In this document: positions 49,028 through 59,399 of the stretch, piece by piece
How the letters are laid out: every line of letters starts with the position of its first letter
Position numbering within the stretch: position 1 is the first letter of the stretch
DNA from: an uncultured virus (IMG/VR IMGVR_UViG_3300049783_000823)
Lineage: Duplodnaviria > Heunggongvirae > Uroviricota > Caudoviricetes
Length of the DNA stretch: 64,000 nt
Virus record (IMG/VR): IMGVR_UViG_3300049783_000823
Direction: 5' to 3' (one strand)
Notes under the pieces: generated by a model
The model's input: the letters and a program-made list of their open reading frames with translations, nothing else
Told to the model about the DNA's origin: nothing
Databases searched by the model: none
Translations under genes and position numbers: made by a program

Positions 49028-49094
49028 CAAGCCTAGGATGAAGAAGCGTCCGAGATAAGGGTAAACATTAAATCTGTCAAGCACATGTGCGACA

Positions 49095-49670
49095 ATGACT
49101 AATAAAGGATATAACATGCGATATAATTATGAAATAAACAGATCAGTGCCTATGCCAACAATCAACGAGCCTGGCAGAAAGGTTACTAAAAAACATGTCA
49201 CCACACGCTGGGAAGAAGCGGTGCAAGAGGTGAAGAATGATGGCGGAGTTATCTATGTCTTCGACAACCGCAATGCCGAAGGTCTTGACGCTATTGACTT
49301 GCTAGAGTGTGAGGATGATATTGCGGCTTGGCAAGAGAAGTTGGAACGAGATTACGCTTGGAAACCTGAGACGCTTGAACCGGCTGATCCGAAAGACCAT
49401 ATCAACCCCTCTCACTATAAGTCCTATGTGAAAGAGATGCAATGGATTGAAGCCATGCAGTATGTAATAGGCGAAAGGAAAGGGCCTGACCACTTTGTCG
49501 CAGCGGTGGAGCTTCAAGTTCGCAAATACCTCGATAGGAACGGGAGAAAAGACGCGGAGCTGCAAGAGCTGACCAAAGGTCTATGGTACTACAAGTTTAT
49601 GCTTGCCTATGTCAAGAACGGAAAGAAGCCTATTCGTGTTAAAGATATACACGGGATATTAGGCGAATGA
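49095..49670 (+). CDS. DUF3310-like protein
   Basis: DHINPSHY...KYLDRNGRKD...KGLWY. Confidence 0.7.
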   Translation: MTNKGYNMRYNYEINRSVPMPTINEPGRKVTKKHVTTRWEEAVQEVKNDGGVIYVFDNRNAEGLDAIDLLECEDDIAAWQEKLERDYAWKPETLEPADPKDHINPSHYKSYVKEMQWIEAMQYVIGERKGPDHFVAAVELQVRKYLDRNGRKDAELQELTKGLWYYKFMLAYVKNGKKPIRVKDIHGILGE

Positions 49671-49888
49671 GCTTCATAGTTATATTATTTGACCCTGAGG
49701 GTCCTCATAGCGATAAGCCGGATTGGATTGCACTCTCTGACTCTAAACTCTTAGACTCTAAACTCTTACCTAAGATTGAAACCCGAGTGTTTGATTCATT
49801 TGAAGAAGCAGAAGAGGTAAGAGAAGCAGCTGAGAGAGAGTTCCCTGGTTTAATTTACAATGTAGCTGAAATACACAATATTGGTTAG
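49667..49888 (+). CDS. hypothetical protein
   Basis: ATGA coupling; internal 15-nt duplication. Confidence 0.5.
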   Translation: MSFIVILFDPEGPHSDKPDWIALSDSKLLDSKLLPKIETRVFDSFEEAEEVREAAEREFPGLIYNVAEIHNIG

Positions 49889-49897
49889 GAGAATAAT

Positions 49898-51970
49898 ATG
49901 GCTGATTATCTGTTTGATATAGAAACAGATGGTCTATTACTGGAGGCCACACGGATGTGGCTTTTAGTTATGACAGATCTCGAAACAGGTGAATCCTTTG
50001 AGTACATAGGGGATGATGACGGGTGGAAAGAAAGGATGTCCAGTGCTGATGTGCTGGTTGGTCATAACATAATAGGCTTCGACATACCTTGCCTTGAAAA
50101 ATTATTCGGTTGGAAGGTAAGTAAAGGAACAAAGATAAGGGATACTCTCATAATGTCTCAGGTCTTAAACTATCGGAGGTTTGGCCATGACGGTCACAGC
50201 TTGGGAAGATGGGGTGAAGCGTTAGGCTATCCTAAAGGTGACCATGACGACTGGACAAAGTATTCAGAAGAGATGCGTGTATACTGCCATCGAGACGTTG
50301 AATTAAATATTAAGATATATAGAGTCTTAATGAAAGAGCTGAAGATAGCAAGCGTCAATGCGCCATTGTTGGGAACGTATCTGAAGTGCGAGCAAGCTGT
50401 TGGAGAGTGGTCAGCGCAAGCTGAGCTGAAAGGATGGCCTTTTGATCGTAAAAAAGGAATAGCTCTATTCGAAGAAATGACCCTAGAGTTGGAGAATACC
50501 ACAGAGAAGATTGAGCATAAGCTCGGTCTGAAGGCTGTAAAGGTCGATAACATTACCCCCAGCTACTTGGCGAATGTTGCTGAGAAGGCAGAGAAGGCCA
50601 AGAGAGAGTTATCCAATCTTGAAGCCGAGTTAGATATGCTGCCAGAATATATGGATGGAGAAGAGCTGGAATACGCCAAAGTTTCTCTTGGACTAGAGCT
50701 AAGACAGCATAAGTCTATGATCGCAACTTTGATACAAGATCTTAAGAGACCTTTAGGAGATAGTATCGTGAAGTCACCTAAGTGGTTAAAGAGCGGTAAG
50801 TATGACCACCATTTAGCTAAGTGGTTCGATATTGACGCCAGCACAGGTCAAGATGAAGACAGAATAGTTGAAGGTGATTACTGCCGTGTTAAGATCGAAC
50901 CATTGAAGCTAAGCAGCGTCTCTGATGTTAAAGTCTTCTTGTTCAGGAATGGATGGGAGCCAACAGAGTGGAATTACAAGTCTAAGCAAAACAGCAACGG
51001 GAGATGGGAACGTTATAAGACATCCCCTAAGATCACGGAAGACAGCTTAGAATTTCTAGGAGGGGATGGTAAGCTATACTTAGACTATTTAACAACCTCT
51101 TCTAGACACGGTATCTTGAATACTTGGCTTGAAGAAGTTGATGAAAATGATAGACTGCATGGTAGCTGTATGGTTGTAGGAACGCCAAGTATGAGGATGC
51201 GGCACTCTATTATTGTAAACGTACCATCTGTAGATAGCGCGTGGGGAAAAGAAATGCGACAGCTATTCACTTGTAAGAAAGGGTGGAAGATAGTAGGGTG
51301 TGATAGCTCAGGCAACCAAGCCAGAGGGCTTGCACACTATCTTAAATCTCAGTCTTACATTGATTTGCTACTGAATGGTGACATACATCAACACAATGCT
51401 GATATTCTTACAAATGTAATGCAAGCCATTGGTTTTGATATAGTTGTACCGCGTAGTGCTGCAAAGCGTTGTCTGTATGCTACTTTGTTTGGCGCGAGTG
51501 GGGCTAAGTTATTCAGCTACATAATGGCCGCACAAGATGAAGTAAACGGAAAGATTGTAAAGCGTGATTTCCTTAAAGCTATACCAGGGTTTAGAGACTT
51601 AATGGATGAGCTTGAAGGGACATTCGGCAATACAAAGAAGATAGGTCCAGGTTATATCATCGGGATAGCTGGTAACAAAATCTTTTGTGATTCATTTCAT
51701 AAGTTATTAGTTTACCTCTTACAAGCTACAGAGAAGGCGACATGTTCTGCAGCCGTGTTCTTGACTATGCGTATCTTGGAAAAAGAAGGTATACCCTATC
51801 AACCTCTTATCATGATGCATGATGAATTTCAGGTGATGGTTCCTGACGAACATGCTGAGAGAGTTCTTGAGATAGGTTCCATGGCTTTCAAAGAGGGTCC
51901 GAAGCTCTTTGGTGTCACCATAATGGATGGTGATGGGAGCATCGGTGATAACTGGTTTGAAACACACTAG
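49898..51970 (+). CDS. DNA polymerase family A with 3'-5' exonuclease
   Basis: FDIETDG, GHNIIGFD, YCHRDV; DSSGNQAR, RSAAKRCLYATLFG, HDE. Confidence 0.93.
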   Translation: MADYLFDIETDGLLLEATRMWLLVMTDLETGESFEYIGDDDGWKERMSSADVLVGHNIIGFDIPCLEKLFGWKVSKGTKIRDTLIMSQVLNYRRFGHDGHSLGRWGEALGYPKGDHDDWTKYSEEMRVYCHRDVELNIKIYRVLMKELKIASVNAPLLGTYLKCEQAVGEWSAQAELKGWPFDRKKGIALFEEMTLELENTTEKIEHKLGLKAVKVDNITPSYLANVAEKAEKAKRELSNLEAELDMLPEYMDGEELEYAKVSLGLELRQHKSMIATLIQDLKRPLGDSIVKSPKWLKSGKYDHHLAKWFDIDASTGQDEDRIVEGDYCRVKIEPLKLSSVSDVKVFLFRNGWEPTEWNYKSKQNSNGRWERYKTSPKITEDSLEFLGGDGKLYLDYLTTSSRHGILNTWLEEVDENDRLHGSCMVVGTPSMRMRHSIIVNVPSVDSAWGKEMRQLFTCKKGWKIVGCDSSGNQARGLAHYLKSQSYIDLLLNGDIHQHNADILTNVMQAIGFDIVVPRSAAKRCLYATLFGASGAKLFSYIMAAQDEVNGKIVKRDFLKAIPGFRDLMDELEGTFGNTKKIGPGYIIGIAGNKIFCDSFHKLLVYLLQATEKATCSAAVFLTMRILEKEGIPYQPLIMMHDEFQVMVPDEHAERVLEIGSMAFKEGPKLFGVTIMDGDGSIGDNWFETH

Positions 51971-52009
51971 GGTTGAACATATTTATTTAAAAGGAAAAGG
52001 AGATTCAAG

Positions 52010-52201
52010 ATGTTAATATTAACTAGAAAATTAGGCGAATCGATTATAGTAGGTGGAGATGTTAAAGTTACAGTGCTCAGTCGGGTTGGTAATCGGGTAA
52101 GCATAGGCGTGGAGGCGCCTGACGACGTCTCAGTACATCGAGAAGAGATACAAGAAAGATTGGATAAAGGAGAAACTTTTGAAAGAAAAGACATCATCTG
52201 A
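52010..52201 (+). CDS. csrA: CsrA/RsmA carbon storage regulator homolog
   Basis: [15 protein letters not shown]...[16 protein letters not shown]. Confidence 0.92.
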   Translation: MLILTRKLGESIIVGGDVKVTVLSRVGNRVSIGVEAPDDVSVHREEIQERLDKGETFERKDII

Positions 52202-52391
52202 AGAAAGATTACAGACAGCAGTGAATGACATAACAGGAGCACCGATAAGAGGTACAATACCTCCTACATTCCGTTCAAGCTATAGAGTCTGTGATAACTG
52301 TAACAAGAAAGATGAAACTACAAACATGCATTGTGTTATGTTTGAATTAAAACCTAGCGAGGGAACTTGCGTAAAATTTAGAGGAAAATAA
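52179..52391 (+). CDS. small Cys-containing hypothetical protein
   Basis: CDNC...HC...C; AAGGAG RBS before TTG. Confidence 0.45.
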   Translation: MKEKTSSEERLQTAVNDITGAPIRGTIPPTFRSSYRVCDNCNKKDETTNMHCVMFELKPSEGTCVKFRGK

Positions 52392-52392
52392 T

Positions 52393-52569
52393 ATGCTATC
52401 ATTTAATAACGACATACTAGGAACAGCCAGAAACAGCCGTGAGTCTGGGATGAAGAAGAATCGTCACTATACAAAGAAAGGGCCTGGACGTGTGACTTAT
52501 AACAAAGGTAACCCCCATAAACCTCATAACACAATTTCCACAGGTAACGTATTGGTGATGCCTAAATGA
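52393..52569 (+). CDS. 58-aa basic hypothetical protein (below track cutoff)
   Basis: GAGG RBS; ATGA overlap with exonuclease start. Confidence 0.45.
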   Translation: MLSFNNDILGTARNSRESGMKKNRHYTKKGPGRVTYNKGNPHKPHNTISTGNVLVMPK

Positions 52570-53393
52570 AGTCTTACGCATTAATCGATGGCGACGTTAT
52601 AGCCTTTCACGCATGCCCTTATGTCAGACATGATGTTCCCGGTCAAAACGGTGTGCCTGTATTAGACGAGAACGGTGATGTTGAATTCAAAGCTGGGAGA
52701 CCTGTATTTGAGTATAGCGAAGCTGAAGATGAAGCCTTTCTGGCTCTTTGTTGGGAAAATCTTGTTCGCAGATACAACATTATCATTGAAAAGACATTTT
52801 CTGATGAAGCCAAGTGTGCCGTAAAAGGCCCAACAAATTTCAGAGATGAAGTTCATGACAACTATAAAGGTCATCGTGACAAGTCAGCCGCAACTCGTAA
52901 TAACTTTGTGCCAGCTCTAAGGCTTATGATGGTTGAAGAAGGTCTAGCGATTGAAGCCCAAGGGATGGAGGCTGATGATTACCTTCGTATCTGGGCTGAA
53001 GAGTGCAGAGACGATGGCGATGACTTTACTATCTGCTCAGTTGATAAAGATCTTAAGTGCATTCCAGGAAAGTATTTCAACATGAAGACGGATAAAGTTG
53101 AAATGATTACCCCTGAATTTGCATCAAGGTTCTATTACGAGCAGTTGTTAAAAGGTGATAGCGTTGATAACATCCCAGGTCTTCCTGGGGTTGGCCCTAA
53201 ACGTGCGACAAGCATACTCGCAGATTGTAACACGGAAGAAGAGTTTCAGATTGTTGTTCAAGCTTCTTATCGAGAGAAGTTCGGCGACAACTGGCATAAA
53301 GAGCTTATGTTTACAGGGCAGCTCATTTACATCCTGAAGCATGAGAAAGATAGGTTCTCAACAGCGTCATGGCCTAAGCTTCTTGATGAATGA
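52566..53393 (+). CDS. 5'-3' exonuclease (T7 gp6/FEN-like)
   Basis: IDGD, YKGHR, EADD, DKDL, GDSVDNIPGLPGVGPK. Confidence 0.92.
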   Translation: MKSYALIDGDVIAFHACPYVRHDVPGQNGVPVLDENGDVEFKAGRPVFEYSEAEDEAFLALCWENLVRRYNIIIEKTFSDEAKCAVKGPTNFRDEVHDNYKGHRDKSAATRNNFVPALRLMMVEEGLAIEAQGMEADDYLRIWAEECRDDGDDFTICSVDKDLKCIPGKYFNMKTDKVEMITPEFASRFYYEQLLKGDSVDNIPGLPGVGPKRATSILADCNTEEEFQIVVQASYREKFGDNWHKELMFTGQLIYILKHEKDRFSTASWPKLLDE

Positions 53394-53592
53394 ATGGCGA
53401 AAAGAAAAGAGCATTTAATGTAAGTGTGGCTGTCATAACACACCTGCGAGTAGATGCAAGCTCTAGCGAAGAAGCTCTCGAAACGGTGGCTTCTCTTCCA
53501 GTTAGCGTACTAATCACGGAGGCAGGGGTATCTGCCGCCTACAACCCTAAAGACTCGATAATAATCGGGCAAAACATATCGGAGACACAATA

Positions 53593-54000
53593 ATGGGAAA
53601 TAAAGAAAGTAATGAAATGCCAGGTGATCCAAGCGGATCTGTAAGAGATATCGATGGAAACTTTGCCATAACGTCAGAGAGCGCATCTGAAGCGAGTTCA
53701 GAAGACAGAGCAGCCCTAGCGAGAAAAGGCGAACAAGAACTCGCTGATATGTCGGATATCGGTTTTGTCAATCACTTGATGCTTAACTCGCCATCGCCTA
53801 GATTCGCCAACTTATTTATTCTAGCGGCAGCTGAAGCCTATGCTTTCGGTGTGATACAACAGATGGAGGAAAGCCAATCTGCTGAAGAAGCGCAAGGGGT
53901 TATGCCTTGGAAAGACATAGCGCCGTGGGTGCTAGAAGAGTTTGACAAGCGATACAAAGAGCTGGAAAGAAGAAAACAAGAGGAGCTGTCAGATGCATGA
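53593..54000 (+). CDS. hypothetical protein
   Basis: GGAG RBS. Confidence 0.55.
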   Translation: MGNKESNEMPGDPSGSVRDIDGNFAITSESASEASSEDRAALARKGEQELADMSDIGFVNHLMLNSPSPRFANLFILAAAEAYAFGVIQQMEESQSAEEAQGVMPWKDIAPWVLEEFDKRYKELERRKQEELSDA

Positions 54001-54225
54001 TGTGTTAGTAGAAGTAAATGCTAATGGCGTAAAACCGCTCACAGGGGATCCTTACAGATTAGGTGGGGAAAAGTCCACAGCGGCAGCCATTGCTTTGCAT
54101 CCGACGTGTTCTGAGTGCGGACGAGAGAACCCTTATAATGGGTTAAACAGTAATGGTCAGCTAAAAGAATTCTGTGAAAGCGGTAGATGCTGTAGCTGCC
54201 AGATCTCAATATTTGGGAGATAAAT

Positions 54226-54858
54226 ATGAGTGTGCCTAAGTTCCCGCTAAGAGGAAAAGGTAAGATTAAATCTAAGAAGGCTTTCCTTCCTGACCTTCAA
54301 AATGAGCGTGTAAAACCTAACCAGATAACTAGCGTTTGGATAGACGAAGCAGGAGAGATATCTGAAAGAAAACCCTCAGTATCATTAGAAGGGCAGGTCG
54401 GAAAGCGTGTTAACCGAAAGAAATATGACGATCTTCCTAACGGTCATTGGGAGTTCGAGGGCGATATGCGAAGCGGAAAAGCTGTTGGCTTCATATACGT
54501 CATTAAAGATCTCAGAAATAATATGCTGTATCTTGGAAAGAAGAGTTATGTAGGGGCGGGTAAGTTAAACAAAGGTGTAGAGTCAAACTGGCGGTGGTAT
54601 ATATCGTCATCTAAACTCTTAAGTGAATCAGTTAAGACAAACGGTAAAGAAAACTTCAAATTTTATGCTATAGAAGAGTATAGCTTTAAAGGTGGGCTAA
54701 GCTTTGCTGAGACATGGTCTCTCTGTAAGGTGGAAGCTCTGAACGAAAACAGCCGTTGGTATAATGGTCTGATTGGGAAGGTATCTTGGAAAGTTAAAGA
54801 ACCTGTAACAGCTAGACACAGAAGGCGACTTCAACAGATAATAGATGGAGAGATATGA
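54226..54858 (+). CDS. GIY-YIG-like nuclease family protein
   Basis: GFIYVI...YLGKK...WRWYISSS...E...WYNGLI. Confidence 0.7.
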   Translation: MSVPKFPLRGKGKIKSKKAFLPDLQNERVKPNQITSVWIDEAGEISERKPSVSLEGQVGKRVNRKKYDDLPNGHWEFEGDMRSGKAVGFIYVIKDLRNNMLYLGKKSYVGAGKLNKGVESNWRWYISSSKLLSESVKTNGKENFKFYAIEEYSFKGGLSFAETWSLCKVEALNENSRWYNGLIGKVSWKVKEPVTARHRRRLQQIIDGEI

Positions 54859-55079
54859 AAACAGTATCAAGTATTTTAGTGATTATATTATTCGGATTAA
54901 TTGGCTACAGGTCGTATCTGATATTAACAGCCGGAGTTCCGCTTGACTCAGCTGACTACCTGGTCTTAGCTGCGGCTACCTACTTGCTTAACGCAATTGT
55001 AACAATATGGAATGACAGTGCTGCCAGCAAGATAGCAAATAAGACATTTAATATAGATGAAAATAGCCCAAGGCATTAG
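54855..55079 (+). CDS. small membrane protein
   Basis: Two hydrophobic segments; GGAG RBS. Confidence 0.5.
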   Translation: MKTVSSILVIILFGLIGYRSYLILTAGVPLDSADYLVLAAATYLLNAIVTIWNDSAASKIANKTFNIDENSPRH

Positions 55080-56867
55080 ATGGGACGCATTGTAGAACAT
55101 AACAAGCCCTGCATTTCGTGCACCAGTTCAGACGCGATGCAGATATATGAAGATGGAGGGGCTAAGTGTTATTCTTGCGGAAAGTCCTTCCACCACTCAA
55201 AAGTTGAAAAGGAAAATATGACATCACCTAGGGGGTTTAAAGTACCAAAGAAAAGAGGGCCATTAGACCCTGAAGATTTTGCTAAAGCTAAAACAGAAGT
55301 AGTGAAGGCGACACCGAAAGTATCTTGCGATGAGATCGAAGAGTTTGGAGTGCGTGGTTTTAAAGACAGGCTTGTCAAGAAGGCAACGAACGAATTCTAT
55401 GGTGTCAAGGTAGGTTACGATTCAAATGGTCAGATAGATTCTCACTATTACCCTTACGGTAATGACAAAAAGCGTGGCTATAAAATCAGAGAGTTGCCTA
55501 AGACTTTCTCTTTCGTTGGCACATTCGGAGGTCTCTTTGGAAGAGAAAAGTTTTCAGCCGGAGGGAAGCGTCTCATCATAACGGAGGGAGAAGTTGATGC
55601 CCTTTCTGTTGCCCAAGCTTCTTTTGACAGGTATAATAAGTACTATCCTGTAGTCTCTCTGCCAAGCTCTTCTTGTTCCTCTGTGCTAATGGAAGAACGC
55701 GAATGGATTCGTAGTTTTCAAGAAGTAGTCCTATGGATGGATAACGATGAGGCGGGTATCACGGCAAGAGATAAGGCCATAAAGATAATTGGCGCTGATA
55801 AGGTAAAAGTTGTAGAGATTGCAGAAAATGACGCGTCTGATGTCCTCACAAGCGGTGAAGATGGCAGCAAGCGAATAATGGAAGCGATATGGGATGCGCA
55901 GATGTTCAAGCCTGCTGGCATTATTGGCCAAACAGAGCTTTGGGATGCGTTGGTAAACTACAACGAAATCAAGGCCATTCCGTATCCTGAATGTCTGACA
56001 GGGATTAACTCAAAGATAAAAGGGGCACGCTTGGGAGAGATTGCGCTCTTTATATCAGGGACAGGTAGTGGCAAGAGTACCATTGTTAGAGAAATAGGTC
56101 TTGAGTTTCTAAGGGCTACTGAAGATAAAATTGGTATAATTTCTTTAGAGGAAAGCCCAGGTGAAACTGCAAGATTGTTCTCAGGAATGGCTATCCATCG
56201 TAACCCTGCAGAAGAAGAAATACCTCTTGATGAGTTGAAGGTTGGCTTTGATAGTGTATTCGGCGAAGACAGGGTTGTTGTTCTGGATCATCAAGGCTCC
56301 ATAAAGGACGATAGCATTTTAGACCAGTTCGAGTACATGTGTCTCTCTGGCTGTAAATATTTATTCGTTGATCACATAACTATTTTAGTATCGGAAGGCG
56401 CTGATGGGCTGACAGGTAATGAGGCTATAGATAAGATTATGAATGACCTGCTGAGGCTGGCTAAGCGTCATACTGTTTGGATCGGCCTTATCTCTCATTT
56501 GAGAAAAGCAGAAACAGGTCGGAAAAGCTTTGAGGAGGGCAGGTTGCCATCTATAGATGATATACGTGGCTCAGGTAGTATCAAGCAGGTCTCATTTGAC
56601 ATAATAGCCTTCGCTAGAAATATGACGGCTAGACAAGAGCGTGTAAGAAACAGGATTGAGATGGCAATTCTTAAATCCAGAACAACAGGTAAAACAGGGC
56701 CAGTTCTAGGGGCTGACTATAATGTAAAGACAGGTCGTCTTGTAGCAGCTCCGCCTGACCTTGAAGATGATGAAGAAGCCTTTGGCGAGGAGAAGACGGA
56801 AACAGTAGTATACGAAGAAGCGTTATCCGAAGAAGATCTTATAAATAAATTCAAAAGAGACAAATAA
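55080..56867 (+). CDS. DNA primase-helicase (T7 gp4-like)
   Basis: CISC...CYSC Zn finger, TEGEVDA and DNDEAG TOPRIM, SGTGSGKST, VDHI, GSGSIKQ. Confidence 0.93.
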   Translation: MGRIVEHNKPCISCTSSDAMQIYEDGGAKCYSCGKSFHHSKVEKENMTSPRGFKVPKKRGPLDPEDFAKAKTEVVKATPKVSCDEIEEFGVRGFKDRLVKKATNEFYGVKVGYDSNGQIDSHYYPYGNDKKRGYKIRELPKTFSFVGTFGGLFGREKFSAGGKRLIITEGEVDALSVAQASFDRYNKYYPVVSLPSSSCSSVLMEEREWIRSFQEVVLWMDNDEAGITARDKAIKIIGADKVKVVEIAENDASDVLTSGEDGSKRIMEAIWDAQMFKPAGIIGQTELWDALVNYNEIKAIPYPECLTGINSKIKGARLGEIALFISGTGSGKSTIVREIGLEFLRATEDKIGIISLEESPGETARLFSGMAIHRNPAEEEIPLDELKVGFDSVFGEDRVVVLDHQGSIKDDSILDQFEYMCLSGCKYLFVDHITILVSEGADGLTGNEAIDKIMNDLLRLAKRHTVWIGLISHLRKAETGRKSFEEGRLPSIDDIRGSGSIKQVSFDIIAFARNMTARQERVRNRIEMAILKSRTTGKTGPVLGADYNVKTGRLVAAPPDLEDDEEAFGEEKTETVVYEEALSEEDLINKFKRDK

Positions 56868-58777
56868 TGACTGATAAAATAGAAACACCCTGGAGTTCCG
56901 TAGGTTACTTAACATACAAGAGAACCTATTCACGCCCCATTCCAGGGGAAGGCAGGACAGAAGAATTCCCTGAGACCATTGACCGTGTAATTAAGAGCTG
57001 TAGAGAGCAGCTCAAAGTAGGTTTCACAGAAGAGGAGGAAGAGACGCTTCGTGGTTACCTCTTAGAGCTTAAAGGATCAGTAGCCGGTAGATTCCTATGG
57101 CAGATGGGTACAGAGACAGTCGATCGAATCGGTCTTGCTAGCTTGCAAAATTGTGCATTTACAGTTGTTGATGACCCTATCGTGCCGTTCACTTGGTGCA
57201 TGGATATGTTAGCCCTAGGCAGCGGAGTCGGTTATAACATCCAACGGGAGCATGTCGAGAAGATTCCAGCCGTTCGAGAGTGGTTCGCCGCGCCTACCAG
57301 AGTGGACGATGGTGGGGCGGATTTCATAATTCCAGACTCTCGTGAGGGGTGGGTGCGTTTCTTAGCTAAGACGCTTAAAGCCGCCTTCCTATCGGAAAGG
57401 CAAGAAAAAGGATCTTTCACATATTCAACGCAAGTTATTCGTGGGAAAGGAACACCAATCAAGGGATTCGGTGGTGTAGCAAGCGGGCCTGAAGATCTGG
57501 TGAAAGGTGTAGGCCAGATAAGCGCAATCCTAGAGAAAAGGAGAGGAAAGAAAATCAGACCTATTGATGCCTTGGATATAATGAACATAATCGGTGCAAT
57601 CATTGTAGCCGGTAACGTTCGTAGATCAGCTCAAATTGCCATAGGTGATGGTGATGATATTGAGTTCCTTCTTGCAAAACGGTGGGATCTAGGGCACATC
57701 CCTCCTTGGCGTGGCATGTCTAACAACAGCGTGGTGTGCTCAAATATCGAAGAACTTCATGATTACTTTTGGGATGGGTATGAAGGAAAAGGAGAGCCGT
57801 ACGGATTAATCAATCTCGATCTGTCCAGAAAAGAAGGTAGATCAGGTGAGACAGAATATCCCGACCCTGAAGTCATGGGGTATAATCCGTGCGCTGAGCA
57901 ATCTCTTGCGCCATATGAGACATGCTGTCTGGCTGAGATCTATTTGCCAAACATAGACTCATTGGGCGAATTCCTTGATTTGCTGACATTGCTTTATAAA
58001 ATAAATAAGCACTCTCTTACACTGCCTGCACATCATCCTGAGACTGCCGCTATTGTCCATAAGAATATGCGAATGGGAATAGGTATGACAGGTATCATGC
58101 AAGCATCTGAAGAGCAGCTTAGTTGGTTGGATGAAGGTTATCGCTATCTTCGTGACTTTGACAACCGCTACTCTGAGCTGAAAGGCTTTGAAAGATCAAT
58201 AAAGCTTACGACAGTAAAGCCTTCAGGCACTCTATCATTGTTGCCAGGTGTTACTCCGGGTGTTCATCCAGGGTACTCACAGTATATGATACGTCGTATA
58301 TGTGTATCGGCGGAGCATCCTCTTATTGCCACATGTAAAGAGCATGGATATGAAATGGAATTCCAAAGAAGATTAGATGGTAGCGAAGATTACAATACAT
58401 ACGTTGTATCTTTTCCTTTCAGATACCCTGAAGGGACTATTCTTGCCAAAGACATGACAGCCATAAAACAGCTGAAAACTGTTAAGCAGATGCAGAAAGT
58501 TTGGTCAGATAATAGCGTCAGCTGTACAGTCTACTATCGGAAAGAAGAGATACCTGAAATAAAACAGTATCTTAAAGAAAACTATGCCAAGACACACAAG
58601 TCTTTATCATTCTTGCTACACAACGAGCACGGTTTCGACCAAGCGCCTTTTGAAGAAATTACGGAGGAATTATACAATGAAATGACTAAATCTACCAGCA
58701 CCATAACAGCTATTGCTGACCTTACAAGCTTAGGGTTAGAAGATGAATGTGCAAGCGGTGCTTGCCCTGTACGATAG
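56867..58777 (+). CDS. nrdJ: class II (B12-dependent) ribonucleotide reductase
   Basis: LQNCAF, GNVRRSA, NPCAEQ, TTVKPSGT, C-terminal CASGACP. Confidence 0.9.
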   Translation: MTDKIETPWSSVGYLTYKRTYSRPIPGEGRTEEFPETIDRVIKSCREQLKVGFTEEEEETLRGYLLELKGSVAGRFLWQMGTETVDRIGLASLQNCAFTVVDDPIVPFTWCMDMLALGSGVGYNIQREHVEKIPAVREWFAAPTRVDDGGADFIIPDSREGWVRFLAKTLKAAFLSERQEKGSFTYSTQVIRGKGTPIKGFGGVASGPEDLVKGVGQISAILEKRRGKKIRPIDALDIMNIIGAIIVAGNVRRSAQIAIGDGDDIEFLLAKRWDLGHIPPWRGMSNNSVVCSNIEELHDYFWDGYEGKGEPYGLINLDLSRKEGRSGETEYPDPEVMGYNPCAEQSLAPYETCCLAEIYLPNIDSLGEFLDLLTLLYKINKHSLTLPAHHPETAAIVHKNMRMGIGMTGIMQASEEQLSWLDEGYRYLRDFDNRYSELKGFERSIKLTTVKPSGTLSLLPGVTPGVHPGYSQYMIRRICVSAEHPLIATCKEHGYEMEFQRRLDGSEDYNTYVVSFPFRYPEGTILAKDMTAIKQLKTVKQMQKVWSDNSVSCTVYYRKEEIPEIKQYLKENYAKTHKSLSFLLHNEHGFDQAPFEEITEELYNEMTKSTSTITAIADLTSLGLEDECASGACPVR

Positions 58778-58784
58778 CACCTAC

Positions 58785-58810
58785 GGCCCTCTGTAACGGA
58801 GGGCCTTTTA
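58785..58810 (+). terminator. intrinsic terminator
   Basis: GGCCCTCT GTAAC GGAGGGCC TTTT. Confidence 0.75.
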
Positions 58811-58825
58811 ATTGAGGAAAACAAA

Positions 58826-59095
58826 ATGAATGGAGATAGTGAGAGCAACGAAGAATTTTATAAAGTTGGTGACAAGTTCAAATGGGAGAACAAAAACTGG
58901 CCTTCAAAAGACTACAAGCCTGTGGTATATGTAATAGCTCGGGTGGATGCTGAAAGAGTGCTTATTCTTAACACTGAAACCTGGAACAGATGGTCTAACT
59001 CTGTGTTAACAGAGAGTAATACACGTATAACGGAAGAAGAGCTAACAGAAATCATGGGAGGGGCGCGTAATGAGTTCACAAAAATCGAAGGGTAA
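58826..59095 (+). CDS. hypothetical protein
   Basis: GAGG RBS. Confidence 0.55.
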   Translation: MNGDSESNEEFYKVGDKFKWENKNWPSKDYKPVVYVIARVDAERVLILNTETWNRWSNSVLTESNTRITEEELTEIMGGARNEFTKIEG

Positions 59096-59399
59096 TGTAT
59101 CAGCAGAAGACCTCATAAAGGACATAGAGTTTAACGGAATACAGGTAAAGAGAGGTCTGACCCACATTGACAATATGCTGCAAAAGTTGCTTGAAGATTC
59201 GCCTCTAATGGGGTGTTTCCACCCTCAATCACCTGGGTTCTGTTTTTCCATATGGAGAGAGGATGGTGAGGTGGCTGATCGCGCTTATGTCGTTTTTGAA
59301 AAAGGAAAATGGAAACACCTTGATGAAGGAAACCAAAACCCAAGGAAAAGAGAAGTACTTGAAATACTAACCGAATTAATAGGAGAAGAATATGTTTAA
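59070..59399 (+). CDS. hypothetical protein
   Basis: GGAGG RBS. Confidence 0.5.
   Translation: MSSQKSKGNVSAEDLIKDIEFNGIQVKRGLTHIDNMLQKLLEDSPLMGCFHPQSPGFCFSIWREDGEVADRAYVVFEKGKWKHLDEGNQNPRKREVLEILTELIGEEYV

Noticed and set aside
54330..54362. WIDEAGEI Walker-B-like peptide in the GIY-YIG-like protein
   Set aside because: Isolated short match with no Walker A.
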